Notes under the pieces: generated by a model
Seen by the model: only the letters and a program-made list of their open reading frames with translations
Told to the model about the DNA's origin: nothing
The model's database searches: none
Origin: Phycisphaerales bacterium
Lineage (GTDB): Bacteria; Planctomycetota; Phycisphaerae; Phycisphaerales; UBA1924
NCBI GenBank assembly: GCA_023382935.1
Contig: JAHDXL010000005.1
Span: 53,717-117,716, forward strand
Direction: 5' to 3'
DNA length: 64,000 nt
Shown: positions 19,799 through 27,611 of the stretch, one piece after another
Numbering within the stretch: position 1 is the stretch's first letter
Layout of the letters: each line of letters begins with the position of its first letter
Position numbers and translations under genes: made by a program

Positions 19799-19873
19799 TG
19801 ACCCCGACGGGATTCGAACCCGTGTTACCAGGATGAAAACCTGGTGTCCTGGACCTGGCTAGACGACGGGGCC
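19799..19873 (-). tRNA. tRNA-Glu (anticodon UUC)
   Basis: The reverse complement GGCCCCGTCGTCTAGCCAGGTCCAGGACACCAGGTTTTCATCCTGGTAACACGGGTTCGAATCCCGTCGGGGTCA folds as a cloverleaf. Anticodon loop TTTTCAT. CCA is not encoded. Confidence 0.9.
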
Positions 19874-19933
19874 GGACAGGGCCGATTGTAGCCCCCCGAC
19901 CCGGCCCGGCCACACCCGTGGGTATCATGGCCC

Positions 19934-20743
19934 ATGCCCGGTGCCACGCCGACGCCCTTGCCAGTGCCCGTTTGTGGCGGGCGCCTCGTGCTCTTCGGGG
20001 GCTCGTTTGACCCGCCGCACCGGGCCCACCTGTTCTTCGCGCGGTTCTTGCTCGGTCGGTTCCCCGAGGCCGTGGTGCTGACGGTGCCCGCCGCCCGCTC
20101 GCCGCACAAGGCATCAGGGCCCCTTGCCAGTCCGGAGCAGCGATGCGCCATGCTCCGGCTGGGCCTGCTCGATGTCGGGCTCTGGCCCGCCGATGCTCCC
20201 GGAGCGGCCGAACCTGCCCCTGCCGGACCGAGTGCTCGCGTCGGAATCTGGACCGACGAGATCGACCGCAGCGATGGCGGTGAGGGGAGTTACTGGATCG
20301 ACACGCTGCGCCGGGCACGGGCCCTGATCCCGCCCGAGGTGTCGCTGAGTTTTGTGGTGGGCAGCGATCAACTGGCGGCCTTCGATCGCTGGCGCGAGCC
20401 GCACGAGATTCTGCGACTGGCATCGCCGATCGTGCTGGTGCGCGGCGGTGGTGCGGTGGAAGACGGGATCGAGGTGGATGAGGCGCTGGCTGAGCGCCTT
20501 CTGGAGCCGGCTCGTCTGGCTTTTCGCACGACGCAGCAAGGGGTGATGGCGCCGACGTGGTCGCCGGACGAACTGTCCCTCTTTCGAGCCGGCATTCTCA
20601 CCGGGCAGCCGACCATGGCGATTTCCTCCACGCTGGTGCGAGAGCGGCTGCGGACACAGCCCGGTTCGCTGGATCTTGAGCACTTGCTCACGCCGTCGGT
20701 GCTGGCGTTTCTGCGTCGCGAGAATCCATACGCGCGGGCGTGA
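19934..20743 (+). CDS. nadD: Nicotinate-nucleotide adenylyltransferase
   Basis: LVLFGGSFDPPHRAH nucleotidyltransferase signature near the N-terminus and a C-terminal ISST-type motif (MAISSTLVRERL). Confidence 0.85.
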   Translation: MPGATPTPLPVPVCGGRLVLFGGSFDPPHRAHLFFARFLLGRFPEAVVLTVPAARSPHKASGPLASPEQRCAMLRLGLLDVGLWPADAPGAAEPAPAGPSARVGIWTDEIDRSDGGEGSYWIDTLRRARALIPPEVSLSFVVGSDQLAAFDRWREPHEILRLASPIVLVRGGGAVEDGIEVDEALAERLLEPARLAFRTTQQGVMAPTWSPDELSLFRAGILTGQPTMAISSTLVRERLRTQPGSLDLEHLLTPSVLAFLRRENPYARA

Positions 20744-20867
20744 TGGCTGCGGTGGGCTGTGATTCTTGCCCGCACGTGAGAGAACGATCCGCGGAGAGCA
20801 GATTCATGGCGAGCCGGCTCAATGTCGGGCCGGGTTTCCACACGCTTCCCTCTCGGAGGAGTTCGCC

Positions 20868-21551
20868 ATGACCAAGCCTCTGCACGTTGCCGCGATCGCC
20901 GTTCTGGCCGTTTGTCCGGCCTCGGCGCTGGCCCAGATTCAGAACGGGAGTTTTGAACTCGGGCTGGCCTATCCGTCGGGGCTGAGCATCTTCACTGCCG
21001 GCACCCCGTCGCCGTGGTTTGCCACCAGTTTCACGCCCGACCTCTACGACAACACCGGTGTGGACGGCTGGAGTCTGGCCGGCATCCCGGCGTACAACGG
21101 CATGTTTGCCCAGATGCTCGCGTGCGACGGAAACCGCTTCATCGGCTTTGCGGCCTCGGCGACGTTCAGTGAGGCATTTGCCCAGACCACCGCACCTCTG
21201 GTGGCCGGTCAGCAGTACACCCTCGGTGCCTGCATGGCGGTCGATGACCTGGGCAAGGCGGCGCCCTTTGGCGGGCCTTACACCGGGCGCGGCGTCGTCG
21301 ACGTGTATCTCAACAGCGGCTACATCGGCTCGTTTGCGCAGAACACCGCGACCTATACCTGGGAGGCCCGCTCGATCACCTTCGTTGCCACCAGTTCGCT
21401 GCCCGCGACCTTCACCTTCGTGGCGCAGGTGGATCCGACGAACGGAGCGGCCAGTTACATGGCGCTCGACCACATCCGCCTGGTGCCGGCCCCGGGCGCG
21501 GCCGCGCTTCTCGGGCTCGGTGGAGTGATGTGCGCGCGTCGCCGGCGGTGA
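20868..21551 (+). CDS. Secreted protein with C-terminal PEP-CTERM sorting signal
   Basis: Signal peptide MTKPLHVAAIAVLAVCPASALAQ. C-terminus VPAPGAAALLGLGGVMCARRRR. GGAGGA RBS before ATG 20868. Confidence 0.8.
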   Translation: MTKPLHVAAIAVLAVCPASALAQIQNGSFELGLAYPSGLSIFTAGTPSPWFATSFTPDLYDNTGVDGWSLAGIPAYNGMFAQMLACDGNRFIGFAASATFSEAFAQTTAPLVAGQQYTLGACMAVDDLGKAAPFGGPYTGRGVVDVYLNSGYIGSFAQNTATYTWEARSITFVATSSLPATFTFVAQVDPTNGAASYMALDHIRLVPAPGAAALLGLGGVMCARRRR

Positions 21552-21653
21552 GGAAGCCGGGATGTGATGGGAGCGCGGGTTCATCTCCCCCGGTTGCGCG
21601 GGGGGGGGCCTCTTCTTTTCCCTTCCATTGCAGCAGTCGGAGCCACAAGGCAA

Positions 21654-21683
21654 CAGGGGCGCACCTCGAAAGGTGCGCCCCTG
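21654..21683. terminator. GC-rich hairpin between convergent genes (possible bidirectional terminator)
   Basis: Perfect 12-bp stem CAGGGGCGCACC / GGTGCGCCCCTG with loop TCGAAA. No clear U-run. Confidence 0.45.
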
Positions 21684-21749
21684 CCTGTACGGTTCGAGTT
21701 TCAAACGCCCGCGTGCGACTGAAACACATAGGCCGCGGACCAGTGGCGG

Positions 21750-24512
21750 CTACTCCTGTCGGATGTACGAGGCTTCGAGGGCGCGAGTGATGCGTTCGCG
21801 TGCGTCGACCAGGTGGGCCCTGGAGTAAGGATCAAGGTCTTTCTGCATGGCCTTCTCGATGTGGGAGTCGATCTGCCGCAGTTCCTGGCGTGCCAGGGAA
21901 ATGACCGTGTTGGCCGAGGCGTTGGGCCAGCGAGCGCCGGTGGCCAGTGCGATGAGCCGGTTGAGGTGCTCGCGCTGGGCGTTGCGCTGAAGGCTTGAGA
22001 TCATGGGGTTGCGGGCGGTGAACCCGTGCGACGAGCCGTTGCCGAACTTGGGGTCGAGCGAGGCCCAGACTTTGGTGCGGACTTTTTCGAGCACTTCGGG
22101 GACGGTCAGGGCGTCCTGGCCCTGCGGAGTGCGCATCTCGTTGTCGAGCACTCGGCCGAGGCGGGTTGGGTTGATGAGCATGGACATGGCCGAGGCTTGG
22201 ACGCCCAGCACGGTGTCGTGGACCGGGACGTCGGCGCGGTCGCCGCCGCGGCCGTCGAACCACTGCTCGGCGCCGAGTTTGGCGAGGATCTCGGGGGAGA
22301 GGCCGAAGGCGCGATCGTCGAAGGCGTTGTCGAGGATGAAGTCAAGAGCGCGGCGCTGGCGATCAACTTCGACCGCGATGACAGGATCGGGTGCGTTCTC
22401 ATCACCTTTCTTGAAGCGGTTGAAGTAGACGCCGCCGACCCACTTGCTGGCGATGCCGACCGCGCTGAGTTGCTTATAGAGGAGTGTGGTGTAGCCTTCG
22501 CGGGCCTTTTCCCACGACTGGCCGTCCTTGACGACCTTGTCGAGGAGTTGGCCCCGGACCTTGTGGACGTAGCGCATCTCGGCGTCGGCGAAGTCAAGGG
22601 AGTTTTCGCCCAGATCCCAGACAGTGGAGCGCGGGTCGGGCCCGCTGGAGCCCTCGTCGGAGATGAAGGCATGCTCCGGGTGCGTGCAAGCCTTCATAAC
22701 CTCATCGGGCTTGTCGGTGTAGCCCCAGGAGATGGCCCACTTGTCGTAGGGGCCGATGTCAATCTGCGCGTAATCGCCCTGGATGAGTTGTCCGTCTTCA
22801 ACCACGATGTTGGTGGGGGCGTAGTCCATGACGCTGACGAGGATGGGCTTGCGGCCCTTGAAGTCAGCGCTGTTCATCTCGGCGAACTGGTAGACGCTGG
22901 AGCCGCGCCAGTTGTGCATGAGGCCCATGGTGTGCCCGACCTCGTGCATGATCACGTCGCGGAGGAGCGGGCCGATGAAGGACTCCGGCAGTCCGTCGAG
23001 GAGGCTCTCGCCCTCGGCGGCGGGAATCTCGACCAGTCCGGAGCGAATGGCCAGGCGCATCATTTCGATGTTGGCGCTCATGGCCGGGAGCGACATGCAC
23101 ATGGCGTTTTGCTGATGCTCGCGCGGGTCGAGCCAGACGCCGGGGAGCATGGTGGGCGGAGCCAGTTCGGGGTTCGCCGAGCCGTCCTTGAGTTGGGCCA
23201 TGTAATTGAGAACGGCGGCGCGGTCCTCCGGGTCGGCCAGACGCAGGCGCGGATCCCACTCGGGGTTTTCGGCCAGCCAGTCAACGGTTTCGGGCTCCAT
23301 GTACATCATGGCGGCTGAAGCGAGGAGCGAGGACTGGTGCGCCTTGGCCCACCCGCTGATGAAGGCTTCGTCCATGACGATGTCGGCTTCGAAGATCTGG
23401 CCGGTCTCGGGGTGGGCATTGCTGGGCCCGATGGCAAAGCCCATGTGCGAGTTGGTCCAGCGGACAAACGAGTAGCGCATGTCCTCGGGGTCCTTGTCCA
23501 TGTGGGCGCCGGTTTCGGCGTCCTGCTGGTAGACCTCGATGGCGTTGACGATGCCGACCTGCTCGAAGGCCTTGTTCCACGCGAGGATGCCGTCGCGAAC
23601 CCAGCGGCGGTAGCGCACGGGTGTGGTGTGCTCGATGTAGTAGACGATGGGCTGCTTTGGCGGGCTCATCGCCAGTTTCGGTTCAGCCTTCTGAAGATTC
23701 CAACGCTCGATGTAGCGCGTCGTCTGACTTTCGCCGTCGTTGCGGCTGCGGTCCGTGAAGGCGGTGTAGAAATACCCGACGCGACGATCAGCCTCGCGGG
23801 GCTTGTACGAGGGGTCTTTCGGCGGGACGCCGATGGAGTAGTGGATGGCCGACATGATGCCGTTGGCTTGCGGAAACTCAAAGGTGGCCTCGATGTTCTG
23901 CGGGAAGGCCTTGATGCTCTTCACGGTGGAAAGGTTCATGCGCGCGCCGCGCGTGAAACCCCCGAAGAACTCGCTCGACTGGTTGAGCATGAGTTGATCG
24001 AGGTCGATGACCGGCCCCCCGCCGGGCCCGTTGGCGACGACGCGCGTCGAGAGCACGACGCGGTCGGTGTAGATACGCCCGGTGGCGGCCTTGGACTGGG
24101 CGTCGCCGGTGGCGCGGAAGTTCAGGTTGGGCTCCATCAGCGCCAGTTCATCGCCAAAACGCTTCCAGTAGACGTAGCGGGTGGGGCTGCCCACGCGATC
24201 GTGGTAGACCGAGTAGACGCCCGTTTGCGGGTCACCTCCGGCCACGGTGGCGATGATGAAGAACTTCTGTCCCTCGAAGTTGCGGGGGAGTTCGGCCAGG
24301 AGTTGCCCATCCTTTTTTTGGTGGTAGACGGTCCAGAGTGGGCTGGAACCGTCGGCCGTAGAGACCACCTTTTCATAACCCTCGGAGACCTTTTCGAATG
24401 GGGGCAGGTCGGCGGCGACGGCCAGTCCGGCTGCCGAAGCGAGCAGCACGCCCATGAGACCCGTGAATCCTGGTGACACGTGGAGATCCTCCTTGTTTGC
24501 CCGACGAGACAT
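21750..24512 (-). CDS. Large secreted zinc-dependent metalloprotease (DUF5117/DUF4953-type family)
   Basis: 920 aa. Contains IMHEVGHTMGLMHNWRGSS (HExxHxxGxxH). N-terminal hydrophobic signal (GLMGVLLASAAGLAVA). True start may be ATG 24455. Confidence 0.85.
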   Translation of the reverse strand: MSRRANKEDLHVSPGFTGLMGVLLASAAGLAVAADLPPFEKVSEGYEKVVSTADGSSPLWTVYHQKKDGQLLAELPRNFEGQKFFIIATVAGGDPQTGVYSVYHDRVGSPTRYVYWKRFGDELALMEPNLNFRATGDAQSKAATGRIYTDRVVLSTRVVANGPGGGPVIDLDQLMLNQSSEFFGGFTRGARMNLSTVKSIKAFPQNIEATFEFPQANGIMSAIHYSIGVPPKDPSYKPREADRRVGYFYTAFTDRSRNDGESQTTRYIERWNLQKAEPKLAMSPPKQPIVYYIEHTTPVRYRRWVRDGILAWNKAFEQVGIVNAIEVYQQDAETGAHMDKDPEDMRYSFVRWTNSHMGFAIGPSNAHPETGQIFEADIVMDEAFISGWAKAHQSSLLASAAMMYMEPETVDWLAENPEWDPRLRLADPEDRAAVLNYMAQLKDGSANPELAPPTMLPGVWLDPREHQQNAMCMSLPAMSANIEMMRLAIRSGLVEIPAAEGESLLDGLPESFIGPLLRDVIMHEVGHTMGLMHNWRGSSVYQFAEMNSADFKGRKPILVSVMDYAPTNIVVEDGQLIQGDYAQIDIGPYDKWAISWGYTDKPDEVMKACTHPEHAFISDEGSSGPDPRSTVWDLGENSLDFADAEMRYVHKVRGQLLDKVVKDGQSWEKAREGYTTLLYKQLSAVGIASKWVGGVYFNRFKKGDENAPDPVIAVEVDRQRRALDFILDNAFDDRAFGLSPEILAKLGAEQWFDGRGGDRADVPVHDTVLGVQASAMSMLINPTRLGRVLDNEMRTPQGQDALTVPEVLEKVRTKVWASLDPKFGNGSSHGFTARNPMISSLQRNAQREHLNRLIALATGARWPNASANTVISLARQELRQIDSHIEKAMQKDLDPYSRAHLVDARERITRALEASYIRQE

Positions 24513-24614
24513 CGGCCCGGTGGCCGGATTTGCTCCGACAATGAGTCAGAGGTCCAGACATGGTCCGCAGTTTTGGTTCGAATGGCAAGCCTGATTTTGA
24601 AAGCGGGCGAGGAT

Positions 24615-25265
24615 TCAGCCTCCGGGGGACTTGAGGGGGGAGTGCCCCCACTCGGCCCGGCGGCGGACCAGGAGGGTCCAGGCCGGGGGGTGCCTGGCGA
24701 TAAGTTTGTGTAACTGGCTGGCGGTGCAACACATGCGCGACGAGGCCTTCATGCTGTCCCAGTGGCAGGCTTCAAGAACATCGAGCGCTTCGGCCAGCAG
24801 GCTGGGATAGTCGTGATGGCTGGGATTGCACACGATGCGCCCGTCGCGACAGCGGGATTTCCAGAGATCGGACCGGATGTCGCCGACGGGGACGGGGGTG
24901 CGGATTTCCGTGGCCAGCGCCAGGCGCAGGCGACGGATGGCGACGGGGCGGTTCTCGCGGATGGTGCGGCGCTCGGAGGCGCGGGCGTGGACGCCGGTTG
25001 ACAAATGGGTCAGTTCGACGCCGGTGGAAACCTTGTTGCGGTGCTGTCCGCCGGGGCCCCCGGTGCGGCCCTGGATGTACTCGCATTGGGAGAGCAGTTC
25101 CTCGTCGGTGAGGGCGGCAGGGTGAGGGGGGCGAGAGACAGGCTTTTCAAAATCGAACACGGTGGATGATTGTTGCCCGAGTTGGTGGTCGTGGCGCCGC
25201 CGCTCTCCCGTGGGACGGACGAACGTTCGCCGGGCCATGTTTCGCAAGTTCGCGTCCAGAGGCAC
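24615..25265 (-). CDS. Peptide chain release factor-like GGQ-domain protein (no codon-recognition domains)
   Basis: GRTGGPGGQHRNKVSTGVEL is the class-I RF / ArfB peptidyl-tRNA hydrolase motif. Only about 210 aa. Alternative start at ATG 25238. Confidence 0.75.
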   Translation of the reverse strand: MPLDANLRNMARRTFVRPTGERRRHDHQLGQQSSTVFDFEKPVSRPPHPAALTDEELLSQCEYIQGRTGGPGGQHRNKVSTGVELTHLSTGVHARASERRTIRENRPVAIRRLRLALATEIRTPVPVGDIRSDLWKSRCRDGRIVCNPSHHDYPSLLAEALDVLEACHWDSMKASSRMCCTASQLHKLIARHPPAWTLLVRRRAEWGHSPLKSPGG

Positions 25266-25293
25266 AACTGCACGCGGCCTGATGACAGGAAAG

Positions 25294-25773
25294 TCAGCGG
25301 TCGAGGGCCCCCTGCAATCGGTGCATCAGCGCTGCGTCACGCCCGCTCGCGTCGGCCTTTCGCGCCGCGGCGAAGTCGTAGGCGGCGAACGGATCCATCA
25401 GCCGCTTCACCGGATCTTCATGGGCATAGCGCGGGATGACGTGCCCGTGCAGTTCGGGCACCTGGTTGCACAGCATGAGATAGTTCAGTCGCTCGCAGCC
25501 GGTGGCGGCGGCGACGGCGTCGCCGAGCAGCGCAAGATCCGTGAGAAAGGTCGCCCTGGCGCGCGGGGGCAGATCGTTGAGGTGCGCCGGCGTTGGAGGG
25601 CAGGATGAGCCTGCCAGCAGATCGGCAGGCAAGTCGGGCAGAAGCATGCAGCACCCATCGAGCGGCTGTTGATTGCCGAGAATCGCGTAGCCCGAGGTGA
25701 GGCGGGCGATGAGTTGCGGATCATGCCCGGCCTTGATGCGGGCGATGCGGGCGGAGATGGCGCCGGTGCTCAT
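25294..25773 (-). CDS. HIT-superfamily-like protein
   Basis: Histidine motif PELHGHVIPRY resembles the HIT HxHxHxx signature. Start uncertain (ATG 25773 preferred; ATG 25827 and TTG 25833 would collide with the divergent gene). Confidence 0.55.
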   Translation of the reverse strand: MSTGAISARIARIKAGHDPQLIARLTSGYAILGNQQPLDGCCMLLPDLPADLLAGSSCPPTPAHLNDLPPRARATFLTDLALLGDAVAAATGCERLNYLMLCNQVPELHGHVIPRYAHEDPVKRLMDPFAAYDFAAARKADASGRDAALMHRLQGALDR

Positions 25774-25825
25774 GGGCGATGGTAGGGGCGCGCACAGGAG
25801 GCCTGCCGTCTGGTACAGTGGCGAC

Positions 25826-26524
25826 ATGCACAAGAGATGGATGGGGTTGGTGATGTTGGGGCTTATGGTTGCGCTGCTCGGCGGGTGCGTGCCGCGGGCG
25901 ATGCGCGGGAACCCGGACTACACGTTCGTATTTATCCGCACCGGTCCGGCGACGGGGCTGAGCACGGAGCAGCAGGAGGAGGCCTTTCGCGGACACTTCT
26001 CGAACATGGCGCGCCTGGCCGGGGAGAGGAAGTTGCTGATCGCCGGGCCGTTTGGCGAGCCGCGGGCCGATGCGAGTCATCGCGGACTGTGGGTGTTCAA
26101 CACGCCGTCGGCGGCCAAGGCGCTGGAGTTGGGCGCCACCGACCCGACGGTGGAACTGGGGATTTTCGTGCTCGACGCCCATCCGCTGGCGACTGGGGCA
26201 CCGATCCGCTCGCTGCCGCGCCTGGAGGAAGAGGACGAGGCGCGCCGACTGGCCGATCCGGATGTGCCCGACGAGTGGCAGGGGCGGCGGTACGTGCTGG
26301 CGACGCACCCATGGTCGAAGAAGATGGCGAGGCGGGTGAATGGGCGTTCCGGCGTGCTGATCGCGGCGCGGCTGTATGGGCATGGCGCCGACGGGCGCGA
26401 TGAAGTGCTGGCGTGGCTGGATGCTGAGACGCCCGACGCGGCCCGGGCGATGCTGCCCGACGCCGATGCGTGGACACTTCACGGGTGGTACGGGTCGAAG
26501 ATGCTGAGCCGGATGCGCGAGTGA
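25826..26524 (+). CDS. Lipoprotein with YciI-like domain
   Basis: Lipobox LLGGC. Segment FVFIRTGP...EAFRGHFSNMARLAGERKLLIAGPFG...TDPTV fits the YciI-family pattern. Confidence 0.6.
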   Translation: MHKRWMGLVMLGLMVALLGGCVPRAMRGNPDYTFVFIRTGPATGLSTEQQEEAFRGHFSNMARLAGERKLLIAGPFGEPRADASHRGLWVFNTPSAAKALELGATDPTVELGIFVLDAHPLATGAPIRSLPRLEEEDEARRLADPDVPDEWQGRRYVLATHPWSKKMARRVNGRSGVLIAARLYGHGADGRDEVLAWLDAETPDAARAMLPDADAWTLHGWYGSKMLSRMRE

Positions 26525-26572
26525 TTGGGCACGCGGGCGGCCGGGGCGTTCGTGGCGCCGGGCGGGCCAATG

Positions 26573-26603
26573 AAAAAAGCCGCCGTCACGGAGACGGCGG
26601 CTT
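26573..26603 (-). terminator. Intrinsic terminator for the minus-strand PEP-CTERM gene (may also stop the plus-strand gene)
   Basis: Perfect 9-bp stem GCCGCCGTC (26579-26587) / GACGGCGGC (26593-26601). A U6 run follows on the minus-strand transcript (AAAAAA at 26573-26578). Confidence 0.7.
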
Positions 26604-26635
26604 CGGATTGGTGAACCGGGGGAAAGGTCGCGTGT

Positions 26636-27328
26636 TCAGCGGCGGCGACGAGCGCCCAGCACGCCTGCGCCGGCGAGCAGGGGCAGAGCCGCAGGGGCCG
26701 GCACCATTGCGGTGATTCCGGTGACGATCACGCGCTGCACGTTATTGGCGCCGTAGTCGCTGATGACGATGGAGGTCAGTGTCTCGTGCGCAAAGGCGGC
26801 GTCGAGGTCAAAGCGCTGCATGTCGAGGCGCTGGTTGCGCCCGTTGTCGAACACCTGCTGTGTGGTGGTGCCGTTGATGGTGTTGGTATACATGGGGTTC
26901 TGGTTGTAGTCGCGGATGTGAACGCCGCCGACGAGGACGAAGGTCTGGGACAGGCCGCCGGTGGCGTTGAAGGTGACGCTCGCGAGGCCGTTGGAATCGG
27001 GGTTGCCCCAGTAGGTGTTGATGAGTGTGAAGACGCTTACCACGCCATGCAGATTCACCGGGACGTCGAGGCTGACGGGGTTATCCGTCCCGCCGGCGGC
27101 GGCGTAACCCGACCAAGACCAGAATCCGGATTCGCCGGTGGTGCTCATCGCGACGGGCACTAGATTGGAGCCGTGGGTGAACATCTGGGGCCCGAAGGGC
27201 ATGGTGAAGCCGTTCACCAACGTGTTGCGAATGTCATTGAACTGGTTCGAGAAGTCAATGGTGAAATACTGGGCGCTGGCGGCGCCAGCCATTGCGGCCA
27301 CGCTGGCGATGGATGTCAAGAGACGCAT
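26636..27328 (-). CDS. Secreted protein with C-terminal PEP-CTERM sorting signal
   Basis: Signal peptide MRLLTSIASVAAMAGAASAQ. C-terminus VPAPAALPLLAGAGVLGARRRR. Confidence 0.8.
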   Translation of the reverse strand: MRLLTSIASVAAMAGAASAQYFTIDFSNQFNDIRNTLVNGFTMPFGPQMFTHGSNLVPVAMSTTGESGFWSWSGYAAAGGTDNPVSLDVPVNLHGVVSVFTLINTYWGNPDSNGLASVTFNATGGLSQTFVLVGGVHIRDYNQNPMYTNTINGTTTQQVFDNGRNQRLDMQRFDLDAAFAHETLTSIVISDYGANNVQRVIVTGITAMVPAPAALPLLAGAGVLGARRRR

Positions 27329-27611
27329 ACTTCTTCTCTCCTAGCACACGGACGTGAAACAGGGCAGGCTCACGAAACCCGACACTGCGCAAGCCGCGAT
27401 GCTGGAGAGAATTTGTCACTGAAACGGCGAATTGCAAACATTCGGGGGGTTCACTACCTGAAATCAGAAGTTCGCCTGGTTATGGGTGATCCGAACTCTG
27501 GCATCCGGTGACGGGACGTACGCATGTCGGCCGCAGTTTGCTCTATGTACGGACTGGACGCCTTGGTCAGAGTTCCGGCGATGCCGCCTCGCGGCACCCG
27601 GTTCTTGGAGG

